A stretch of 45,656 bases of DNA from Azolla caroliniana (Eukaryota > Plantae > Polypodiophyta). Positions 35,963 through 45,656 of the stretch are shown piece by piece. Numbering within the stretch: position 1 is the first letter of the stretch; every line of letters begins with the position of its first letter. Under the pieces are notes generated by a model. It saw only the letters and a list, made by a program, of their open reading frames with translations. It did no database searches and was not told where the DNA came from. The position numbers and the translations under genes are program-made. The DNA lies in the NCBI GenBank assembly GCA_043228905.1, contig JBHGNT010000244.1, positions 1 to 45,656 of the forward strand, in the 5' to 3' direction.

Positions 35963-36620
35963 TGTGCAACGTTGCACACGCACATGATGTTTTTGTAAAA
36001 TATTAATAAGAACAAATGTAAATTGTAAGAAATGCACGACAAGATTCCTAAAATGTAAATGTGATGTGCACTTATGTGCACATCCACATGAGAAAGAGAG
36101 GGGTACATAGAAGTACGAGGTGAGTAATGGGCATGGTAGTATGTGTGAGGAGTGGGAGTTAAGGCCCCATCAATCCCTCCTCCAAGAATCTAAGCAAATA
36201 TCCCCCATTGAATGAAGGGGATATTTAGTCTCTCCCCTTTTGTAACAACATTCTCTCCTTATGCTATAATAGGAGAGGAAGGGCACCATTGAGGGTTTGC
36301 CTATTTTGAGTGAGAAGAGGTATACCACTTAGGTCGAGGGTTTCTATTTGGTTTAGGGTTTCTTCATTTCTTTCTTTGCTTATCCGATTAGGGTTTACAT
36401 TCTACTTATGTTTTGAGTCCGGCCCACGCGGCCGCGGTTGTAATCGCATTGTGGCTTTCATGCCCATAATATACATAACTTCATAAACCTTGTCTCTTTC
36501 TATTTTCTCTACCGTGTTAATCTCTTCCACTTTGCTCATACCCGTCTTCCAATCTACTCCCTAGTCCAAGACCCCCGTGGTCCCGCCTTATTCTACACGC
36601 ACGCGCGGAAAAACGCGACA
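35963..36620 (+). mobile_element. Solo LTR in the integrase of Copia A, 4-bp TSD ACGT
   Basis: TGTGCAAC...CGCGACA flanked by acgt (35959-62) and acgt (36621-24). Removal restores host TGRHVRCLRSD. Confidence 0.9.
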
Positions 36621-37389
36621 ACGTGCCGACCCGTAGTTTTTTCGACTTCAACCTTGAACCTCTGGAAGTGTCCGAACACTTCGCTCTTCTGTCTCATCGG
36701 GTAGATCCAGGTGTGCCTGGAGAAGTCGTCGATGAACGTGACGTAATATCAGCATTCGTCAAGTGTGCTTGTATGAGCCGGTCCCCATACATCTAAATGT
36801 ACAACATCCAAGATCCCTTTGCTCACATTCCGCACTTTCGGGAATGGATGTCAGCGTTGCTTTCCGAATTGGCACACTTCGCATACGCCCGTAATCTCCT
36901 TCACGGGTAAGTTCGGGAGTCTGATTACGACTCCTTTCGATTGCATGTTCTGAAGCTTCTAGAGATTGATGTGACCAATTCTCTTGTGCGACATGTTTAG
37001 GTCGGTTTCGACTTTGAGGCCCTTTGCAAACATGGCCGATTTTACCTCGTTCAATTCGAGGACAAACATACGGCCTTCACGACGGCTCTGAGCTACGACT
37101 TGATCTCCTCTTTCGATAAAGCACCCATCATTATTGAATCGTTTTTAGTAACACTTTTATCATTGTTGAATCGTACTTGCATTCCTTGTTCGACAATCTG
37201 GCCGACCGAGACCAGGTTTTTTGTGATAGTAGGACCATGCAATACGTTCTTGAGGTAGGTTTGTTTGCCGTTGTTTTCGAATGGGACGTTCCCGATATTC
37301 TGTATTGGATGAGTCGTGTCATCGCCTGTCTCGACATATCCGGGTCGTTCGGGTTTTCGTAATTCCCGAAACGAATCTTCCGGAAACGT

Positions 37390-38235
37390 TGTCGTGAAGA
37401 ATGTGCTTCACAATATAAAAATGAACGTAAATATTGTATTTAGTAATATTTAATAAAACTTAAACCCACACCCTTATATATAAAGTACAATGTACATGCC
37501 ACTAAGCTAGGCTATTTATTTTTAGAACTATTGTAAAGAATGTGCTTCAAAGATATAAGAATGAAGCTAAATATTGTATTGAGTAAAATTGAGAGACTTA
37601 AACCCTCAACCTTGTATACCAAGCACAAGGTGTACACCTCTAAGCTAGGTTAGTTATTGTAGAATGTATTTCCGTCATTATACTTATCCCATGTCTATTT
37701 TCATACATGGAAGCTCAAATGAGCGAGATGTCTATCATGCATCACATGCATTTCATGCATTGCATGCATGTCTTTACCCTCACATGCATTATAAAAAAAC
37801 ACGGTAATCAATCAAGAGAAAGTTAGAGAAATAAGATAATCAAAGAAACAAACAAGTTAGCTTGTTGGTGAAGAGGCTCGTGTTTCCAAGTTGGAGTCAA
37901 GGGTTCGAATCAAGAGTCAGTAGAGAAAGGGTTCATCTTGTTATCAAGCATTGTAAAGTTGGTAAAATCTTGTATTCGTAATATACATCATGTTCATATC
38001 ATATACTTTTTTTTTTCTTAAATCATACTTTGTCTCTATCTTGCTTGTTGAATCATACATTGTCTCTATCTTTTATCTATACTCGTCTCTCTCTCTCTCA
38101 CATATTACTTTAAACTCATATTCCTCTTATCCTTAATTTTCCTAACATTTGTGCGCAAGCCTTATAAAAGTTCCTTCAACTCCCCTTAACCTTAGTCCCT
38201 GTGACTTCGCCGCACGAACCACAACTACCCTCACA
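37390..38235 (+). mobile_element. Solo LTR-like insertion in the protease region of Copia A, 4-bp TSD ACGT
   Basis: TGTCGTGA...CCTCACA flanked by acgt (37386-89) and acgt (38236-39). Removal restores ASNHMTFPEDSFREL, matching Copia C ASNHMTSHEDWFREL. It has an internal ~140-bp tandem duplication. Confidence 0.88.
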
Positions 38236-39456
38236 ACGTCATGTGGTTGGATGCTCCTGTGTCAACAAACCATACATTCTCTGAGGGTGTGGTGCTTGTT
38301 TCTCCTTGAGTTGCCATTGAGTGCGCTTTGTGCCTCATCATGAACATTCCGCTACGATCGTCATAATCAGAATTCGATGTGTAGTTCGTGAGCTATCAGC
38401 TAGTTGAAGCCGAGTCTCATACCATTTTCCGGCACTCCTCTTCATAGTGGTCGTGTTTTCCACAATACCCGCATATGATCGGGTTGTTATGATTGCTCGG
38501 TCCGACGAGGTGGCTCCCCCCTTTTGACAAACTCTCTAGGGTTGTTTCTATCCCCATGCCATTGATGGGAGTTACGCTCTTGGGTCTACCGATTGTGACG
38601 GCCTTGTCCAAATCAACCTCTATTTCCATGGCTGGAATTTCTTCTATCATCCGACTGGGAGTAGAACATATGACCCTCTGGTGCGTTGCTCCTTTGCCAA
38701 GCGTGATTTTCCTCAACCAACAATATTGATTGGAGATCGAAAAATGAAGGTCCAGGGTTCTCCCTTGCAAGGATGGCCGATCTAATCAAGCCAAATTGGG
38801 GTGCTAAGCCGCCGAGGCATATTTGCACCATCTCGTCATCGTCGATTACGACATTAATCGAACCGAGGGCATCACACAAACTCCTTGATCTTTAAGGTAT
38901 GGCCGGTGATCGACATGTCCCTCTATTGCATGTTGTTTAGCTCCTATCGAAGTTGGATCTTTTGTGCAGTTGTGTTGGCCGCAAAAATCTTCTTGAGATT
39001 TCCCCAAGCTTCCTTTGGCGTTTTCGCCTCTCGAATATAGCCGAGCATATGATCATGAATGCATGATGCAAGGCAATACAACACACGGCTTGCAGCCTGC
39101 TCCCAAGCGGGATAGTCGACATGTGTTGGGTTGGGTTGAGTTTCGTGAGCTCCTTCAATGTAGCTCCAGTAACCTTGTCCGACAAGGTATTGATGCATCT
39201 TGTATTCCCAAGATGCAAAATTCGTTCTGTCAAGCTTCTCGGTAGGAAGAGCGCTTCCCATCTGAGTGTTCATTATGTCGATTTCTTTTCTATTGATGAG
39301 CCAGTTCTGTTGATCGTCGGCGTGTACCACAACACAGTTGAATAGATTCGTTTAAGTCACCACTCGCTCTGATACCATGTAAGGAAATGAGGAGCAAGAG
39401 TGATTGAGATGCAGCGGAAGGAATGTGTGTGTGTGTGTGTATGCATGTAAGACAAA

Positions 39457-39500
<44 letters not shown>

Positions 39501-39531
39501 AGACAAAGATAAAGGATTGTATGTTACATTA

Positions 39532-39996
39532 TGTAAAGAATCGATGGTGATTCTTGTGCAACGGAATAGATGTGCATTATGTGCATATATGTGTGAGAGG
39601 AAAAGAGAGGAGAGAAAAGAGAACTCAAGATAAATAAATGAGAGGAAAATAGAATACTCAAGAAGAAGGTGTATATTTCACAAGTAGAATAAGATTTACA
39701 AAATATGGCATAACAAGGAGTCACAACCGACTTAGTATGAAGTAGGAGAAGGGTGCTTTATATATAGTCACCCTCTCTTTTCATTAACTAACTACAACCA
39801 CTACTCTCCCTTGGGGAATGTGAAGACTCATAGTCATGGGGAATATGTAACTCATTAGTTATGTGTCATAGAATATAATTCTATGACACATAGTTAATGT
39901 GTAGAGAGTAGTCGTGTGACTCTTGACCTTTGAGTAATCATGGATTCTCAAAACGTGTGTTCACACGTTGTGTTATGTTGAGCTTGATTCTCAACA
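39532..39996 (-). mobile_element. Solo LTR (Copia-type) inserted in the 5' LTR of Copia A, TSD CATTA
   Basis: TGTAAAG...TCTCAACA flanked by catta (39527-31) and catta (39997-40001). It is absent from the partner LTR at 26822-27100. Confidence 0.92.
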
Positions 39997-40161
39997 CATT
40001 AACCAAAAATACTTCCAACAGTAACTAAGTTACAAGGGGTTGATTTAAATACCAACTAAGGTAGGGTAAGTGCCCTTTCTACTATTTACAAAACTAGCCT
40101 GGTATGTCCATGAGTTAGTGTGAAACCTATCTCTATGGGAAGTTGAGTTCGACTCTCAACA

Positions 40162-41955
40162 AAACGATTATCAAAAATTTCTTATGGAGGGATATGGAGG
40201 AAAAACAAGCTCGTGCAAAGGTTACTTGGACCACACTGATAAAAGGAAAAAGTGAAGGCGGGGTGGGATTGATAGATCCCGTGGTGAAAACAAAGGCCTT
40301 CCTAGGCAAATTGGTGGGCATGAGCTTGCAACCACCTGAGGCACCTTGGAAAATTCTATGGAGACGCAGATAGAAGATGTGGCTGCAGGGACAAGGTGGA
40401 AGCTAGCCAAGCAACCCCTTTTGGGGTTTTGTGCCAGAAATGCAACCCAAATATTGGGGATGTATGCGTAGTCTATGTGTTGTTGGAATTATGAAAACAT
40501 GGCAAGGAACCAGAAAGAGGATCACATGTAGGTGGAGAAATGATGCATATGCCCAATTGTACACGTCAATTGAGCGGAACCCACTGATTAGAGATGTGGA
40601 TGGGCTGATGATAGGACAAAAACAGGCTTTAAATGGGCCAACTTAATCAATGCCCAAGGGAATGCATTGGTGGATTGGAAGAGATTTCTATCTAATGATG
40701 TGGGTACTCAAAAGGCTAGAATATGGAGGATAAGCAGGGGTAAAAGCATGCTCAAAAGAATTATAAATGCCATTGCATGCAACATGCATACCTTGGAAGA
40801 TTAAAATATAACTACCTCTGAAACTTAATGGATAGGACTTATAGATGCTGAGAATTGTCTAATAAATTGGAATTAAGGGTATGAAAGTAGGATCTAATGA
40901 GGCATGCTACTACAAAATAGAGCATGGAATGGCAATATGTGAGCAACTAGCCTATCAAAGTGAAAGGCCGATTAGGCTTATTGCAAAAAATGGAAAGGAT
41001 ATGATGATTGACCCTCTGCCAAGGGAGATCACCCCAACGGCAGTCTGTTGGCCAATAGAAAGGCATTCGAATCAGCTATCATGGGACCTAGCAATGTATT
41101 TCTAGAGAACTCAAGGACAAATTGAGGGTGTTGGTCCAATTTTTCAGGTACAACACAAACATTGGGAGGCAAATTATTCTAGAAAAAGAACACAACAAGA
41201 TTGCAACACATAAATTTTGGATACATGAGGGCATTAGTGAAAGGAGATTAGATAAATTCTAGAAAATGATATGGCATGACAATAATGATTGCAAGATAAT
41301 GATGTGCTTATGGCTTATAGCGCATAGAGCCTTGCCGGTAGGGACGTGGGGTGATGGCCCCAATGTAGACCCTAGATGTATTGTATGTGGACACTTAGAA
41401 AACATTTCCCATTGTCTATGGGAATGTCACAAGGAAACAATTGTATGGGGAAGGGCATTATGTTTGCTATGCCATGCCTCTAGCTCGTTCACCCTCAATT
41501 GGGGACATGCTTGTTGGAACTTTCTTGAGGATGATGTAGCGAAATATGATAGCACATGCAAAGCAATGTACAAAGGGGAGAATGGAATTGTTTGGCTGAT
41601 CACTAACAACAGGGTACCTGTAGTTATTGCGCAAAAGCAAAATTTTGGAGATCTATGGATGCCGCTTGCACTCATTACCATATGCTGCATATGGACGACA
41701 AGGTGTACCAAGTATTTTCACCAAACAAACGCTCTTCAGTTGAATTAATTAAGCTAATATGGCACACACTAATAAATTATACATTGAGAGCACAATATGA
41801 GAAGATTGATGGAACTAATGATGTTTCGGAGTTACTAATGAGGCTGAATTTTAGCAAACATTGGTGTACTACACAGATGGCTACAACAAATGGAATGGAT
41901 ATATGATGGCAGTATGTAGTACCCAAATGGTTGTTCCCCCCTCCCATTAGTTGAA
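40162..41955 (+). mobile_element. L1-like LINE ORF2, right half including zf-RVT
   Basis: IKNFLW..AKVTWTTLIKGKSEGGVGLID and CLWLIAHRALPVG..CIVCGHLENISHCLWEC (CCHC zf-RVT)..CCIWTTRC. Multiple stops and frameshifts. Confidence 0.9.
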
Positions 41956-43560
41956 AGAGGGGCGTGAACAAGATGACATGTAGGATATTGAATGCAGGTG
42001 ATGTGCATGAAAGATTGGCTAGAGACACGTGTGAAAGTGTAAGATAAAGAAGTGAGATCGCTCATGAATGATAGGATAATTTAGGCAAGGACTACTCGAT
42101 AAAGGGATCTAAGTTGTGTACATTATAACTAATGGAGTATATTCTTTTTTGGATATTTTATAGTCTCATTGTAAAAGTGCAAAGGATTCTTTGAGGCCAT
42201 CTTCTCTTACAAACTTGACTCGCAATATTGCACCGATGAATTGAATCCATTTAGGTACTCTAAATAAATATATTCAACCTTAATCTCCAAGAAATCAAGG
42301 TCCTGCAAATTCTTTCTTGACATATGAGGTTTTGGCCATTCATTTAGTTAAGAATTTGTGTAATTCTTCATATCAAAAGGACATAAATTTAGAAAGGCAT
42401 GGGACAATCTCAAGAGTCAAGACAATCGTATATCTCCGAGCAACAACCACATATAAATCCATGGGATCACTCGCATGTTGAGTTGATAAATCAAACCTTT
42501 TATTCCATCATGTACAAAGTGATGTTATTTAAAGAAGAGAGCTTATAAGTAGCGTGGAGATGGAAGACGCATAAACTAACGATGGTTGATGATTTTAGGA
42601 TCGTATGTTGTAGGATTCTTAGTCATTCATCCAATTGTGTACAAGTGAATACCAATCAAACAACTTTAAGTCAATGTGTATACAATAACTATGATATAAA
42701 CCAAATAAATAAATAAACAAACATAAACGATAGATAGGTATATGGATATAAAAAGTTTGGGGTTGAAGACAATACCAATGTAATTGTGTGGGTAGGAATT
42801 CTTATGGAGCGAAGTATCCATAGTGGACCCTTCATCACAAGCAATAAAAAAGAGAGAGAACCATTATTTGTGATCCAACATGTTGTTTCTTAACCATAAG
42901 ACTAAACTGAAGAAAACGTTAAAATAAAACATTTCTTTCACTTAACTTGTGCATTTGCACATTTTCAATTTCGAAGACTTTTAATCATCAGTGAGTGAGG
43001 GGAGCACGACACACCTAATTTGTCATCTTCCTAGATTTATCGAGTGCCGAGGGGCCTCCATGGCCATGTGATGAAGGAGAAAAGCAAAAGGAAAGTTTGT
43101 TGGTTGGTTGGTGTAAGTAGATAGTCAATGTTTAAAAAAAAACACAAACCAAAAAAACAAAACAGCCACACACGTCCCCTTTCCCCCTCCCAAAAATATA
43201 AAAATAAATGGGGGAGGATTCAATGGGAGGGGCAGGGCATTTTGGTAGATGCCAAGAGAAGGAAGTAAAAATTATATATGGGATGAAATATATTCTGGTA
43301 ATGTCATCATAATGTCTCATCTCTTAAACTTTTGTTCTCTCTCTCTCCCCCTCTCCCCCCTAGGACGTGTAAACCAATCACTCCTATTTTAATTATGTAC
43401 ATAATAATGGAGTAGTATTTACATAAAAGAAGGAAGACAAATTGACCCACCACGACCTCTCGAGTCTCTACAATGGAAAGGCGCTGAATGAGTATGTAGT
43501 AGCAAGAGCAGTAAAGGGTAGGAGAACGACGATGATGCATGCTGCAAATGGGGAGTTGAA

Positions 43561-43562
<2 letters not shown>

Positions 43563-43605
<43 letters not shown>

Positions 43606-43607
43606 GT
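43563..43607. repeat. (TATGTA)n hexanucleotide microsatellite
   Basis: About 7 units, directly visible. Confidence 0.9.
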
Positions 43608-44454
43608 AATGTAAAGGAAGAATTTGCTCGCTTTTTTATTATGATCATTAATTAAACAAAAAGAAAAAAAGGGAATATTATATAGATATTTTATTATTAT
43701 TTTTAACAAAAAATAAATAAAATCGAGTTAGCCGCCTTCTCTAAATAGACTACATAACAAATATATGCATGCATGCCATAGCATCGACTGAATGACTAAC
43801 TCTTCATGAAACCGCACATCTTTCTTTTTTACTTGTGAAATAATTGCCAACAGCAGCAGCTCTGTGTATGTATGTATGTATGTACATATGTTTTTTATTT
43901 TTATGGGAGGATTTGTTTTGTATGTATATGTATGTACATAATAGATGCCTCCTCCTGAGTCCTGGCCCCCTACTCCCCTTTTACCATGGTACCCATCCCA
44001 ATGTAACTGCCAGCTATTATTTATTTGTATATATATATATATGTAAATGTCTTTCTCTTTCCTCCCTCTGGGACCCATTTTTTATAGTTTCACTACTTTG
44101 TCATTACTATTATCATTAATCTTTTACAAGTCAATAATATTTATTCAATCCATTATTCTCCTCACAAATTATTATCTTGGCCTAACTATTATCTATCTCT
44201 AATTATGAGCTACCATTTGAGGAGCAAGACCACATTATATCATTCTAATTTGGCAGACGTGAATGAACTTGATCAATTCATTACATTGCTGATCTGTCAG
44301 TTCATCATTTAGCATGGATATATATGTTTATCAGTGATGATACTTAATTAATTCAAGCAATCGAAAGCAGCAATTTACTCCTCGTGATGCTTAATAGTGC
44401 TAGCAATAATATGACAGCACTGATCCCATTATCAATACGATTAATAAGGACAAT

Positions 44455-45656
44455 ATGAACCCCGATACTGTGCAGGTAACTAATTACTCCTTAAACCTCA
44501 GCAGTTACATACAATATATACATACTTCATGGTTAATGCACCCTATACTTAATTATCAGTATACAGGCGATTTCAGGGCCGCAGACTAATCAGCAGTCAG
44601 CGTTCGCCGGGATTATGTCGTCGGATGATGGCCAATTACAGCAGGGTCTGGCGGACCTGCAATTAGAATCGATCCAGACTGCAGATCGCGATGGGTCTGG
44701 CGGTGCAGGATCTTCAGTGGCAGGGATGAGATGGCCTAGCCAAGAGACAGTCGCCCTTTTGAAGATCCGGCAGGAGATGGACTCCTCCTTCCGAGATTCC
44801 AACCTCAAACATCCGCTATGGGAGGAGGTGTCCAGGTATGACACCATTTTCCATTATCAGCAAACCTAACCACAATCCTGTAATCATAGCTAATCACAAA
44901 ACCCAAATTCCCTTAATCGCTACAACCCAACCCATCATAAATTATCTCCTCTGCTTCTGAATACTTAACATCTATTCAATCCGACGTAAAGGATCACAGA
45001 TCTCCTGACTAACGACATCTCCTACGCGTGCGCACATATATATATATATATATAAGCGAATCCTTGACGATGTAGTTGATCCCAAACGGGCCTCATATAG
45101 CAGCCTCCCAAAATACAACTACAACTACATAGATTTTATGTGTACATATATCATGTATCTAAAAGGTTTACATAATCATTCAATCGTGTAGATTTTTTTT
45201 ATGAACTAAACATATTATACCAATAGTTACTTACTTGTAGCCTAAGGATATAATTATGCGGTATGGAAATCAACTGTAAACCAATACAATAACTGACGGC
45301 CTTACACAATTCAACTCACTCTAACCCAAAAGTTAAAACAATTGAAGAATGAATCATTTTTAATTCAGAACTTTAAAAATTGGCATTTGCGAGACAGGAA
45401 GCTAGGGGAGCTAGGCTATCAGATAAGGGGTGGCAAGAAGTGCAAGGAGAAATTCGAGAACGTGAACAAGTATTACAAGCGAAGCAAATTAGAAGGGCAG
45501 ACGATGAAGGGCGGTGGGCAGAACAAGAAGAGGCAAGATGGGAAAGCGTACCGATTCTTCACTCACCTTGAAGCATTATATAGACAAGATCACGCTACTA
45601 AAACTGCTACTGTTATTACTGCTATGTCCACAAATAATAACAACAATGTGTCGGTT
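44455..45656 (+). CDS. Trihelix transcription factor (GT-2/GTL1-like), 3'-partial; exons 44455-44475 (tentative), 44567-44835, 45398->45656
   Basis: RWPSQETVALLKIRQEMDSSFRDSNLKHPLWEEVSR | KLGELGYQIRGGKKCKEKFENVNKYYKR...DGKAYRFFTHLEALY is a trihelix (Myb/SANT-like) domain. Phase-2 GT..AG intron 44836-45397. Alternative start ATG at 44615. Confidence 0.93.

Larger units (their letters stand above)
26822..40161 (-). mobile_element. Copia element A (host of nested insertions; ~5.15 kb when inserts are removed)
   Basis: 3' LTR 26822-27100 and 5' LTR 39378-40161 (interrupted). Perfect TSD AAACG at 26817-21 and 40162-66. PBS (reverse of tggtatcagagcgagtg) at 39361-39377. Minus-strand gag (39330-38417), integrase (~37100-35550), RT (~35080-34335 and 28880-28636) and RNase H (~27860-27300), all with stops or frameshifts. 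Confidence 0.96.

Noticed and set aside
37858-37911. Bona fide tRNA gene
   Set aside because: A/B boxes are present, but I could not form an acceptor stem or full cloverleaf; kept only as a tRNA-like module.
42000-44400. ORFs with YTYTYT/IYIYIY runs upstream of the trihelix gene
   Set aside because: Translations of microsatellites in AT-rich intergenic or promoter DNA.
45380-45571. 63-aa ORF in the supplied track
   Set aside because: Wrong frame; the spliced trihelix exon starting at 45398 uses a different frame.

Overview
Eukaryotic, AT-rich land-plant nuclear DNA. The repeat families and gene style suggest a fern, but that is inference. Apparently intact host genes: a 2-exon type II metacaspase (2943-4843, +), an intronless nuclear gene for chloroplast ATP synthase CF0 b' subunit (9733-10548, +), and the 5' part of a GT-2-like trihelix transcription factor (about 44455 to the window end, +). 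Decayed host genes: an isoflavone-reductase/PCBER-like pseudogene (14855-15714, -), a probable PPR remnant (~11350-12720, -) and an acidic orphan ORF (~13290-14046, -). A ~54-bp plastid 23S rRNA fragment lies at 11024-11077. More than half of the window is retroelement DNA. The main structure is a nest: an L1-type LINE is split by a Copia element (26822-40161, TSD AAACG). That element hosts a near-intact Tnt1-like Copia (28888-34329, TSD ATTAC) and four solo LTRs, two of which have a 4-bp ACGT target duplication. I found no convincing new multi-gene system. The best leads are the 4-bp-TSD solo LTRs, one of which carries tRNA-like A/B-box modules, and the 5-versus-3 repeat asymmetry between the LTRs of the nested Copia.
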